Shown in pieces: positions 50,601 through 62,691 of a DNA stretch of 64,000 nt (positions within the stretch are counted from its first letter, which is position 1; each line of letters opens with the position of its first letter). Source of the DNA: Fonticula alba ATCC 38817 (taxonomy: Eukaryota > Protista > Nucleariida); NCBI GenBank assembly GCA_000388065.2, contig KB932202.1, one strand, 5' to 3'. The position numbers were made by a program, and so were the translations under genes. Under the pieces are notes generated by a model that was not told where the DNA came from, ran no database searches, and saw only the letters and a list, made by a program, of their open reading frames with translations.

Positions 50601-50706
50601 AGGAGGGATTGGATGAAGTGGCAGGAGTGCGGGCGTAGTGGGTGGGGGAGCCGAAATAGCCTGGCGCGTCGGTTTCGTCGAGATCGAACAGGTCCAACTT
50701 GTCCAT
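45415..50706 (-). CDS. C9orf72: C9orf72-like DENN/longin protein; exons 50706-49227, 49101-48809, 48637-48411, 48303-48231, 48114-45415 (~1590 aa)
   Basis: Colinear blocks: VLLASWSHVTGPVTERVW, HLAHMTVKGEV, IVEPKFQLLTD, KFALSLML, LPYYSLIVDRTVGIIR, LEDTVF, ALTAFLATHERAIVIGDNVDQINCMIKSLLIF, LQGVL, LPCALIDV and RIILSEVERLRPG. All splices keep frame. Confidence 0.85.
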
Positions 50707-51203
50707 CTTGGCAGACCGGCCAGGACAACGGTCAACAACTGGGAAAAGGTGGCGGGATCAGGACGGCACAGCCAGGGAGCCGCCAGACGGTGGGGGGGGG
50801 CTCCTTTCCTGTCGGCACCAACACCGGGGAGCGGGTCAGAGCGCACGCCGCGGGTGGGGTCTCTTCTTCTCCGAAGAACGGAACCAGCGGGAGGGGGGAA
50901 GGCAAGAAAGAGGGGGGGGAGAGAGGGAGAGAGAGAGAGAGAGTGGAAGGGGGCCGATTGGAGAAGGCGTCCGGTTGAATGCGAGCGGGATGCGTGGGAA
51001 AGGGACGGAGCGAAGAGGGGAAGAAGAGGGAGCCACAACGATCCGTGAAGACCGGATGGTTGCCCGCAAAAGGGAGGGAAAGAAACGGGGGAGGGGGGGG
51101 GGCGAGCCTGTACAGGACTCAAGGGTGCGGGGGACACGGAGGAAGGAAGGGTGCGCGAGATGGCCCGTCCGGAAGCAGATGATGGGAAATTTATAGCTCA
51201 AAC

Positions 51204-51317
51204 CATACCCTTTGCCGGGAGGGACATTCCCCCTGCGGGCGACCGGGGAAAATGTTTCACCCGCCGGCAAAATTCCGTATGCGCCGGGGATGCGCCTCAA
51301 CCATAACAAAGGGTATG
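51204..51317. other. Intergenic nested inverted-repeat element (candidate structured RNA or MITE-like remnant)
   Basis: Perfect 11-bp inverted repeat CATACCCTTTG/CAAAGGGTATG enclosing a 61-nt imperfect hairpin (51211-51271). Confidence 0.4.
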
Positions 51318-51984
51318 CCAATGGTGGATGCTCATCACGCCCCCACAAGACGTGATCATTCCCGTGAAGCGCGGGAAACGCGTCTCCAAGTGCCACCGCT
51401 CACGAGGCGACGATGCTCCCTCTCTCTCTTCCTCTCTCGCATTCATGTGTAACAAGGGGGAGGGGGGAGCAGGGCCCCCGACGAAGGGGGAGAGAAACAG
51501 GTGTCGAGCAAAAAGGACGATGCAAGGGCCTCCATCTGCTCATCGGCATTTCCCCTCACCGGGCAGAGGGACAAGGCCTCGAGTGGGCTCGCGCGGATTC
51601 GCGCAGCCGACAGAAGCCGAGATCTGACTTGCCGTCGGCCTGCAGTGCAATGAACATGCTATTGGGTTTTGTATTATTTTCGTCGGGCAGACAGGGGGAG
51701 AGGGAAAGGAGAATGTGCAGAGGGAGGAGGGGGAGAGGGGGTCGACGGTGCAGGCCCGACGACTGAAGAAACAGCAGACAAGAAGCGAGAGCAAAAGGCA
51801 CGGAGAGGGGGGAGCAGGGGATGCGAGGGCGCTCGCTCGCACATGCACATACACACCCGCACGCGCACGCGCACGCGCACGCGCACGCGCACGCGCAGCA
51901 GCAGACACGGCGACAGATGACAGGAAAGAAAGAAGAAGGGGACAACCAGCATGCCCGCTCTCCGGGCTGCGTCGTGCTCCTCCT

Positions 51985-53105
51985 TTAGGGCTTCTTCCGC
52001 GGGACAACCTGCGAGTCGATCAGGTGGTGGATGATGACGCGCACGGGCTGGGCCATGCGAGCCGGATCGTAGCCTTGCGACCAGTCGTCACCGGCGGCAA
52101 AGGCCAGCATGTTCCCCTGGGCATTGATGGCCGAAGCGGTGATCGGGGGGAAGGGGCTGTTGTGGACCTGCGACCGGTAGAGACGCGTCTTGCTGTCCTT
52201 GTCCCAAGTGGCGTAGGTGCCATCGGAGCCGCAAGTGACGAAGGTCCCGTGGGTCTGGTGCACGGAGATGGAGTTGACGGCGAAGATCTGGGCCGGGGAG
52301 TTCGGGGGCTCCACGCGGTGGCAACGGAAGGTGAAGCCGTTGGCCTTGTGCTGCGCCGGGTCCAGGTAGTGGATGGCCACGCGGGCCTCGATGGTCCCGT
52401 AGGCGAGGCAGTTGTTGCGGAGGATGGCCAATGCCGAGTGTTGACGCCGGGCGCCGAGGTCCATGTTGACCACGCCGCCGATGTTGGCGTAGTGGTTAAT
52501 CGGCGCGGGGCGGACATTCTTCGGGTCGGTATTGTCGGCCGTCGGGCTGAGGACGTAGGCCGGGGTGTTTGGGGACTTGGTCATGTCGAAGACCAGAATC
52601 TGCTGGTTGGCCAGCGACACGGCCAGCAGGTTGTCCCGCACGTCCATCAGGTAAACACGCTCGGGGACTTGAACAACGGATACGGCATCGGGCGAGCGGC
52701 CATCCCAGTACTGGTGTTGGCGAGGGGCGGGAGGGGGGGCGGGGAAGGGGGGGGGGAGGTGGTGAGGAGATATGCAAGGAGCGAGAGACTGACGGAGGCG
52801 GACACAGGAGAAGGTCCCAAGAAAAGGCAGGTGCCGGTGATCGGACAGGCAAGGAGCGCACCTTGATGGTCTTATCCCAGCTACTGGTGACGACCATGGG
52901 CGAGGGGAAGGAAAGGGCGCGGCTACAAGACACCGGGGCATTGTGCTACGGAAGCGACAAGTGAAGGGAAGGAGGAGAGGAAGAAGCGTGAGTGTGTCGA
53001 GTAAAAGAGAAAGGGGGACATGGTAGAGGGAGAGCAGAGGAAGAGCAAAGAGGGGGGAAGTAAAGGGAATGCATGTGTGTGCGTGTGTCGATGTGTGTGT
53101 AGAGA

Positions 53106-53161
<56 letters not shown>

Positions 53162-53730
53162 ACGCCGCACCATGCCCAACTGGGTGGTCTGGTTGGTCTG
53201 AATGTTGTGAAGGGACACCTTGTGGTCGGCGCTGCCGGTGACGATCATCGGCTCGTGCTATCCCCATACAGGTGCGCGGCGGACACAGGAGTGACGGGCG
53301 GGCTGTCAGTTCGAACCGGAGAAGCTGGCAATCCGCCAGAGGCCGAGGGAGGGGCAAGAATAACAATGGGGGAAAAAGAAAAACAGGGCGCCGGACAACG
53401 CACATGCCACCAGGAACACGTCAGCAGCGGGGGCGATTGCCCGGACTGACCAGCGGTAAAGGCCGTCTCACCGATGAAAGCCGGCACATTGGTTGGCTGC
53501 TCGCTTCCCGGTGCATAGACATAGTTGGGGTTGGGCCGGATATTCCAGGCCGAGATGGTCCCATCCCACGAACTGCCAGCCAGGGTGTTCGAGGCGGTGG
53601 AGAAGCTCAACGAGGAGATCGAATCCTTCGGGGGATTGGGCAACTCGGTGAGAACCATCTTCGGGGCTGCGGAGTTCTGGTGGGAACTGCCGAAGGTGTT
53701 CGACCGAGAAACAAGCTGGTTGAAGGCCAT
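51985..53730 (-). CDS. RAE1: RAE1/Gle2 WD40 mRNA export factor (multi-exon)
   Basis: PPKDSISSLSFS, GSSWDGTI, IVTGSADH, VVTSSWDKTIK, PERVYLMDV, GTIEARVAIHY, FTFRCHR, IFAVNSI, GTFVTCGSDG, WDKDSKTRL and FAAGDDWSQG. Confidence 0.93.
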
Positions 53731-54891
53731 GCTGGCAGATGTGGGGCGGCCGAAGGTCGGGAGGGGGACCAGGAGAGCGGACTGGGTGTGGAAAGGAGGA
53801 GGGAGGGAGGGGGAGGGGGGCGGCGCGAAGGGGAGAGGGACGAGAAAGGGGAGGGGAGGAGGGAGGAGCGAAGAGGGGGTCCAACGCGCGGCGGGGGAGG
53901 GGGGTGACCGATGGGCCTCCCCGCGCCCCCCCTCGGCTCGCCGCTGGCAGAAATGCCAGGGGAGCGCCGACGCCGTGGAGCCGATGCAATGCGGGGCCGG
54001 GGTCAGGGCGCGCCCGACCAGGCGAGGCAGCATCTGCCCCTCGGACCCCGGACACGCCGCTCCCCGTGCACCGACCCGCGCATATACACACTTCCGGACG
54101 CCCCCACGCAAGAACACGCCTCCTGCACACACACGCGCGCCCGACACACGACCAACCCGCGGATGGCCACGAAAATGCTCGCTCACGCCCGGGGGCAAGC
54201 CAGGCCGGGCCAGGCAGGCCGGGGGCGCGGACCACCGCGAGGCAGGCGCCGGGCGGAAGGAGACGCACCGTGAAGGGAGCCTCGGGCCCCCCTCGCCCGA
54301 GGCAAACCCCCGAGACTTCCATCGGAGCCGCGCTGTCCGGCGCACAGGGCGCGCCGCCTCCCCTCCGGGCAGGGGCACGGCGCCCTCCTCGCGCAATCAG
54401 CCAAGAGTAACCGGACTTGTCTAGCGGACCACGGAGGGGTGCTCACGTGATAGGCACCGCGCTCGCCTCGTGGTTCGCCACCAGTGCGCACCCACGCACA
54501 GACACCCCCGCCCGGCAGCGCGGTGGTCGACGTTGCCGATGTCCTACGAGCCGCTTGCTGGGGCTGGGCCCGGCCCGACCTCGCCCCCGCCCTACCCACG
54601 CCTGCGGAGAGGTGGATGGCATCCGCTCGGACCATCTGCACCGGGGCAGGGCACCCGAGGAAATGGGGACCGGCTCGGTGGCTGGAGGGGGGGGGGGGNN
54701 NNNNNNNNNNNNNNNNNNNNNNNNNNNNNNNNNNNNNNNNNNNNNNNNCCCCCCCCCCCGCACCCTACCCCATCCCACCCCTCTTTGCCCCTCCCGGGCC
54801 CCTGCCCTTTGCTCCTGGTCCATCTTTCCTGGCCCTCCCTCTGTGCTCCTTCCCTTCTTTTTTTTTCCACCCACTCCTTCAAGATCTCCCG

Positions 54892-56563
54892 ATGGCCAAA
54901 AACATCCGTGCGAAGGTGGCCAAGCGCTTTGGCGCGGCTCCCGCTGCCGCCGCCTCCACCCCCGCTCCTCTGCCTCGGCTTGCTGCCTCTCGGCCGACCA
55001 GCGCTGCCGCCCGGCCAGCACGCCGGACTGGCGGTCTCAAGGCGGCCTCCCGGCCACGCTTGGGCCTGGCCGGCAAGAGTCTGCCCGCCTGGGGGGGCCC
55101 CGGTCTGGATGCCTCCGACTCCGACTCCGACTCTGACTCCGACCAGGAGGGCGTCCCCATGCAGGAGCAGATGCCCGTTTGGGGAGGCGGCATGACGCTG
55201 GTCACGCATCAGGCACCGGCTCCCGAGGACAGTGCGGCTGGCGCGGGCGCCGGTACCGGGAATGGTACCGCCGTCGCGCGTGACGGCCGCCTGCGCATGG
55301 ACTTTGTTATGCGGGCCGCCCGGTCGGAGAAGGCCGCCCGCAAGGCGGCAAGCATGCAGCGCGCCCAGCCGGGGGTCATCTCGACCGATCTGCTGGCGGC
55401 CGCGGCCGTTTCCGGCACGGGGGTCCATGTGCCCAAGGCCGCTGTCGATACTCGGGCTTTGGCCCTCGGCAAGGCCTTCCACCTGGCCAAGCAGACCGGC
55501 GAGGTGGCGGGCGCGCATTTGCGCGTTGATTCGGCAGCCGGGCGCGTGGCCGGCGGCAAGGCGCCCACGGCCTCCGGTGCACCTTCCCCTTCTGCCCCGG
55601 CCGCCGGGGAAGCGCCAGCTGCTTCGACCGGTCCCCGGCACCTCTCTTCCAGCAAGGCCTCCCGGCGCAAGGCCCGCGCGGCCGCCTGGTCTGACCGTAT
55701 GTGCCCCCTCCCGGTTCTTGCCCTCTTCGCAGTATCTCCTCGGCCCCCGCCACTGCCGAAACCGCCTCCCCTCCCCCCCCCCTCCACCCCCCTCGCCTGA
55801 CCCTCCCCAAATGCGCGTGACACATCTTTCGCCTGTCCCATTCGCCTTTCCCATCCAGATTTGGAGAAGTCGCAGAAGCTTTTCGAGGCCGAGAAGAAGG
55901 CCAAGTCCGCGGCCAAGGCCACCTCTGGTCGGACCGGACTCACGCGGGGCCTCGGTCGAGAGCTGCAGTCCAGCCTGAAAGAGGCCATGGTTTCCTCGGA
56001 AGATCCGGCCCGGCCCACGGCCGGGGCATCCAAGGCCCCGAAGGCCGGCAAGGCGTCGGCCGCGCGCGGTGGCCAGGCCCCCGCCTCCGGGCCTGTCAGC
56101 CAGACCAATCGTGTTACCAGTCGCGGAGGTCGGCGGAATGTCGCGTGCGTCCTCCCTCCCTCGCTCCCCCTGCCGAGGACTCATCTTCCCGCTGTCGGCC
56201 GCTTCTCGCCGTCGGCCCTGCCCTTTTGCCCGGCCCCTCTTGGGGTGCCCCTTCGCGCGTCCGGTCCGATTGCTGATCTTCATTCGTCCTCCCTCGCCAT
56301 GCTCGTTCCCCACCTCTTCCTCCTCCTCCTCCTCCTTCTGGCCGGCTCCTCTCCGCCATGAAAACCACAGCCAGCAGGAGCTGGCCCACTTCCGCGCCGT
56401 TTTGGCACACTCCGCCTTCAAGGCCCCGGCGCCGGCTGCTCCGGGGACCAGCGCTGCCAGTGCCTCCTCCACCGTCCCCGGTGTTGGGACTCCGAACCTG
56501 AGCAATGCCTTTGAAGCCATTCAGATGCACCTGTCGACGCTCATCCAGCAGGAGAAGCTCTGA
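54892..56563 (+). CDS. SLX9: SLX9/FAM207A-like ribosome biogenesis/export protein (3 exons)
   Basis: Basic, low-complexity protein with KASRRKAR. The C-terminal QELAHFRAVLAHSAFK...NAFEAIQMHL fits the Slx9 E..RF..vL....F..nPf.Ai pattern. Confidence 0.7.
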
Positions 56564-59556
56564 TCCGGTGTGGCTGCATGGCATGCGCATGCTGTGTGTC
56601 CGCCCTGCCCCTCCCTCTTGCATGCATGGCAAACGAAGGGACCGGTGTAGGAGACCGAACACCCAGCCCATCGCACGAGGGATGGCCGCTTCCAAGGGCG
56701 TGTATCCTTCCCCCTCCCCCCCCCTCCCCCCGATGGATGTTGCCTCGAGTTGCAGGAGGGAAAAAACAAAACCAATAGACCCAAACCCCAACATGCTCTT
56801 GAGTTAAGAGCCTGTTCTGAAGGCGCAGTATGGCCGAGCGCCAAAGCGCGGTCACTGCCCAGCGAGTTTCATCGGCCGAACTTTTCACACGGTGACACAA
56901 TAGAAACCCCAGCGGGAACGTGATCGACCGGGGCAGGTGCAGGGTGCAGGCGGGGGCGGGAAGGGAGCCATTGGCACCNNNNNNNNNNNNNNNNNNNNNN
57001 NNNNNNNNNNNNNNNNNNNNNNNNNNNNNNNNNNNNNNNNNNNNNNNNNNNNNNNNNNNNNNNNNNNNNNNNNNNNNNNNNNNNNNNNNNNNNNNNNNNN
57101 NNNNNNNNNNNNNNNNNNNNNNNNNNNNNNNNNNNNNNNNNNNNNNNNNNNNNNNNNNNNNNNNNNNNNNNNNNNNNNNNNNNNNNNNNNNNNNNNNNNN
57201 NNNNNNNNNNNNNNNNNNNNNNNNNNNNNNNNNNNNNNNNNNNNNNNNNNNNNNNNNNNNNNNNNNNNNNNNNNNNNNNNNNNNNNNNNNNNNNNNNNNN
57301 NNNNNNNNNNNNNNNNNNNNNNNNNNNNNNNNNNNNNNNNNNNNNNNNNNNNNNNNNNNNNNNNNNNNNNNNNNNNNNNNNNNNNNNNNNNNNNNNNNNN
57401 NNNNNNNNNNNNNNNNNNNNNNNNNNNNNNNNNNNNNNNNNNNNNNNNNNNNNNNNNNNNNNNNNNNNNNNNNNNNNNNNNNNNNNNNNNNNNNNNNNNN
57501 NNNNNNNNNNNNNNNNNNNNNNNNNNNNNNNNNNNNNNNNNNNNNNNNNNNNNNNNNNNNNNNNNNNNNNNNNNNNNNNNNNNNNNNNNNNNNNNNNNNN
57601 NNNNNNNNNNNNNNNNNNNNNNNNNNNNNNNNNNNNNNNNNNNNNNNNNNNNNNNNNNNNNNNNNNNNNNNNNNNNNNNNNNNNNNNNNNNNNNNNNNNN
57701 NNNNNNNNNNNNNNNNNNNNNNNTGTCTGCCCATGTGCCATCCGTATTGCCCTCCCCGCTCCGGATCCCCCCCCCCCCCCCCCCCCCCCCGGGCGGGGGG
57801 GGGGGGGCCCCCCCCCCCGGGGGGGGGGGGGGGGGGCCCGGGGGGGGGGGCGGGGGCCGGGGGCTGCCCCCCGGGGGTCTCCCGGGGGGGGGGGGGGGGG
57901 GGCCACCTCCCATCGCTGGGGCCTCGACCGGGGACCATGGCCGCGGGGTGGAAATATTGCCAGCTCGGCCAGGCTCGGGCGGGGACCGGGGCCGCGGAGC
58001 GTGCGGGCTCTCTCTCTCGCCCGGGTGGTTCCGCCCCCCCCCCCCCCCCCCCCAGCCGGCAACTGATGTGCCTTGGTACCTGCCCGGGGCCTCGATGGGC
58101 GGGGGGCTCCACGGCTGCCACTCCGGGGACACCGCTGGCCACCAATTTAAATCTACCCTGCCCCACCCGCCCCCTTGCTCGGAGGGGGGGGCTGCCTCCC
58201 CGAGCTGGTGGCTGTCTCGCGGGGGCACTCGGCAGACCCGTGTGTCGGCGTGCCTCGCACATATATTTTCGCTTCTTCCTGCCTCCTGTTCCCCCCCCCC
58301 CCCCCCGGGGTGAGGGGGCGAGGGGGCGGGTTCTCGCTTTTTCTCGGCTCCGGAGGGTGGGGACGGACATGCAGGTGTGAGTGCGAGTGTGTGTGCGCGC
58401 GCGCGGATGCGTGCATGTGCGGTGGGAGGGTTGGACGATCGTGGTAAGAAGGGATAGCCCTGGCTCTCTCAGTCGCCAAGCCGCCCGGGCCTCGCCCCAC
58501 TTTCTCCTTCCCTACACACGCCTCCCCCCCCCCGGGGGGGGGAGATTCCTCAGTCCCCTTCGTCGGCTACGCAGGTACAAACATGACGCTGACGCTCTTG
58601 GTGTAACTCAGGGGAAGGCGGGGGCGCGCGTCTGCGGCCGTGTTGCGTCGGGAGATTCGCTTTTTCCTTGCTACTCTGCCCGAGGACCATGTCGGCCAGG
58701 GCCCCTCCCCCTGGGTGAGCACCGAAGCGACAGCGGCACTCCTGCGCGTTCGGGCGTGCGTACGCGTGCTCGGGTGCCGGGGAAACACCGCCCCCCACCT
58801 CCGCTCCACCCCCCCCCCCCCCCNNNNNNNNNNNNNNNNNNNNNNNNNNNNNNNNNNNNNNNNNNNNNNNNNNNNNNNNNNNNNNNNNNNNNNNNNNNNN
58901 NNNNNNNNNNNNNNNNNNNNNNNNNNNNNNNNNNNNNNNNNNNNNNNNNNNNNNNNNNNNNNNNNNNNNNNNNNNNNNNNNNNNNNNNNNNNNNNNNNNN
59001 NNNNNNNNNNNNNNNNNNNNNNNNNNNNNNNNNNNNNNNNNNNNNNNNNNNNNNNNNNNNNNNNNNNNNNNNNNNNNNNNNNCCGGCCCGCGGCGGCGGC
59101 CGAGGGGGGGGGGGGGGGCAAGCGGGGAGCTGCGCGGCCAAGGCCACCCCCCGCATTTTTAGCTCTCACCGCCCGCCCCCCCCCCCCCCGTCCGGCCGAC
59201 CCCCGGGGGAGGTAGCTGCGATGCGTCGATTGCCCGGGCCTGGGGCTTTTACGGGACCGCGGCGATCGCCGCCATCCGCGGGGCCCTGGCCAGCAGGCTC
59301 CCTCGCACCTACTCCCTTGCTTTGTCAACACCTCCCCCCCTCCTCTCAACGTTCGCTCCCCCTCCCCGCTCGGCTTTCTCTCTCTCTCTCTCTCTCCCTC
59401 CTTCTCCCTCGCTCCCCCTCCCGACACTCCCTCCCTCTCTGGCGGCCCCTTCTGACGCACGCGCCCGAACTCGCTCCCCCCCTCCCTGCCCTCCTCCTCC
59501 TTCCTCCTTTGTCCGATCGCCTTTTGCTTCGCCCATCTTCCAGGCTCATCGTCACC

Positions 59557-61901
59557 ATGTCGTCTGAGCAGCGTAACCGCAATGCCCTCATGGAGCTGGT
59601 CGGCCGGCCCGAGAACAAGACCTGCGCCGATTGCGGCGAGAAGGGTCCCCGTTGGGCTTCCTGGAACATCGGTTGCTTCATTTGCATGAACTGTGCCGGT
59701 GTCCACCGCCGCCTGGGCACCCACATCTCCCGCGTCAAGTCCATCACCCTGGACAACTGGACTGATGAGCAGCTTGCCGTGCGTCACGTCCCTCCCGCTT
59801 CCCCCTCCCTCTGCCCTTGTGTCTGACCCTCTCTCTCTCTCTCTCTCCCCTTCTCTTTGTATCTCTTCCGCTTGATTCCAAACCCCCCTCGCTCAAATAC
59901 CGCCCCCCTCCCCCTCTCGTCCCTCAGTCCATCGCCAGCAAGGGCAATGCCAATGTCAACGCCATCTACGATCCCCACCCTGAGACTCGCCAGCCTCGCG
60001 ACCTGAAGAACTCCACGTATGTCATCAACCCCCTCCCCCCCCGGTTCCGGTGTATCCTCCGCTCCCCTCCGCGCCTTCCCCATGGCTCGCTTCTCTTCGG
60101 GCATCCTCCCCGCCCCCTCCCTGCCCTCCCTCGGTTCTCACACATGCACACCCATCTAGCAACCTCGAGCGCTTCATTCGCGACAAGTACGAGGCCAAGA
60201 TCTTCGCCTCGCGCGTTCCGGGCGCCGGCGCCTCCCACATCCAGCCGGTCAACACCACCAACTACCAGTCCGCCTCGGCCAGCAGCTCGTCCTCCTCCTT
60301 CCGCAGTGGCGCCACCAGCGCCAGCTCCGCTTCGCAGATCCCGGCCAAGTACCACGACGATCTGCGCCGTCTGTCGGAGATGGGCTTCGACAACACCGAT
60401 CGCAATCTCCAGGCTCTGAAGCAGGCCCGTGGCGACCTGTCGGCTGCCATCAACCTCATCCTCTCCAGCGAGGGCAGCCGCCCGGTGTCGCCGAGCATCC
60501 CGTCGGCCTTCGGCGGGCGCTCCGGCGCCGCCGCCGCCGCTGCTCCTCCGAGCAATGCCATCCTCGACAGCGACCCGCGCCTGCAGGCCCTCAACAACAT
60601 GGGCTTCACCAACAAGGTGCGTTCTCTTGGTTGTCGGAGGTGCTCCTGGTGCCGAGAAACCAGGACACAGGCAGGAAGAGCAGGGAGGGGGGAGGGGGGG
60701 GGGGGGGCGGCGGTGATTTCCCTTTCTCTTCCTCCTCCTGCGGCCTCCCCCCCTCCCCTTCATGTGCTTGATGCCTCTGACACTTTGCTCTCCTCCCACA
60801 GGCCGCCAACATCGCCGCCCTCCAGGAGGCCAACGGCATGATGCCTCGTGCCATTGAGATTCTGGCTTCTCGCCCGGCTGCTGCTGCTGCTGCTGCCCCG
60901 GCCTCCGCCCCGGCTGCCTCCTCCTTTGGCGACTTCTCGAGCGATCCCTTCTTCTCGTCCCCGGCTCCGGCTGCCGCTGCTCCGGCCGCCAGCAAGCCCC
61001 AGGCTGCCAAGGTGCGTCCCTCGCCTGCTCCCATGGGGCCTTCGCTGGTGTGGTCTTGCCATGGGCGCCTCCTCATCCGCTGATTCCACTCACCTTTCCT
61101 TCTTATTTGCTCTCTCTCTCTCTCTCTCTCTCTCCCTCCCTCCCTCTCCCCCCATGCTTTTCCCAGCCTGCTGCCAACGATGGCTTCGGCGAATTCTCCA
61201 ACTTCGGTGCCCCGACCGCTGCCGCCACCACCTCGGCCGCCAACGACCCGTGGGGTGGTTCGGACTTCTTCGGTGGCGGCGCGGCCGCCGCCCCGGCCGC
61301 TGCCAAGTCGACTGCCTCCTCCCCCGGGCTGGACTTGTTTGCGGACTTCTCTTCTCCGGCCACTCCGGCCGCTGGTGCCCAGCAGCCGGCCGCCCCGAAG
61401 GCTTCCAAAAACGACATCATGTCGCTGTTTGCCACGGCCCCGAGCGCGCCGATCCCGCAGCAGCCGGCCCCGGTGCACGGTGGCATGTATGCCGGCATGC
61501 CGGCTCATGGCGGTGTGTATGGCCAGCAGCCCGCGGTTCCGGCCGGTGCCTATGGCCAGCCGATGCCGGTGGCGGCCGGTGCATACGCCGGTGCCGCCCC
61601 CGGTGGCCAGATGATGTTCCCTGGCGGCGGTCATGCTGGCATGATGCCTCAGCAGCAGCCGCAGCCGCAGCAGCCCGGCTTTGGCATGGGCTACCCGGCC
61701 CAGCCGCAGCAGCAGCCGCACCATCACCACTACCAGCAGCCGCAGCAGCCGTCCTTCTTCGATGCGGTGGCCAGCCGCCCGTCCGCCACCCCGGTGGACC
61801 CCTTCGCCAGCATGTCTACCGGCTCGGCGATGCCGGCTGCCTCGGCCCCGGCCGCCGCCGTTCCCCAGAAGGACGCCTTCTCCGATCTGATGAGCTGGTA
61901 G
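59557..61901 (+). CDS. ArfGAP (SMAP/Gts1-Ucp3-like) with two UBA domains; exons 59557-59778, 59928-60016, 60160-60616, 60802-61011, 61167-61901 (~570 aa)
   Basis: ArfGAP: CADC...[36 protein letters not shown] and FIRDKYE. UBA1: [33 protein letters not shown]2: [30 protein letters not shown]. Confidence 0.92.
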
Positions 61902-62691
61902 GCCTGCGCGAGGTAGTAGCGCCCACACACATACACATATACATGCATGTGCGCATGTGCGCATGTGTGTGTGCGTGTGCGGGGGGACACGCCAGGGGCC
62001 GGGCAGATGATGGCGGAGGTTGCGCGCGTGAAACATGCCCCCGTCCAGGGAGGAGGACAGCCGGCATTTTTTAATGACCCAATTTCATGAGGGGACCGGA
62101 GGACAGCAATGGCCTTCTTCCAGGACTGGTTCTTCCTCCTCCCCCCCCCNNNNNNNNNNNNNNNNNNNNNNNNNNNNNNNNNNNNNNNNNNNNNNNNNNN
62201 NNNNNNNNNNNNNNNNNNNNNNNNNNNNNNNNNNNNNNNNNNNNNNNNNNNNNNNNNNNNNNNNNNNCTCCCCTTTTGCCCACCGTATCCCCCCCCCCCC
62301 AGCCGAAAGAGCGCGATAAAGAGAGCAAGTCAGGGAGGCAGGGGGCAACGTCTTTCGCCCTCCTCCTTCTTTCTTCTCTTTCCCTTTCCATCTCTTGCCG
62401 TACTTCCCTCCCCCCCCCCCTCTTCAGCCTAAAACACAAAATATCGCCAATAAAGTTGCTCCCCCCTCCTCCTTCCGCATGTTGGTATGGCTACTCCCCC
62501 CCCCCCCCCCTTATCATTGGCATGGGCCAGGCCCGAGGACCTGGCGTGTACCGGATCTGCGGGCGTATGCTTTGCGCTTGGTGCGCAGGGGGAGGGGACC
62601 AGGGCCGGAGGCGGGGGCCAGAACACGATCATCGGTCACCGAGGAAATACCCGGCTCGTATAAATTGTCAAAAATACAAGGAAACCTTGTC

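Noticed and set aside
51204-51230. ATACCCTTTG resembling the TPP riboswitch core
   Set aside because: No upstream CTGAGA and no downstream AACCTGAT/GGATAAT on either strand.
50706-51400. GGGGCC-type repeat upstream of the C9orf72 homologue, by analogy to human disease
   Set aside because: No such array is present. The hexamer repeat in this window is in XPC and has a different sequence.
56820-56890. Branched hairpin with a CGATGA segment resembling a hammerhead ribozyme
   Set aside because: The catalytic core CTGANGA...GAAA is not intact on either strand.
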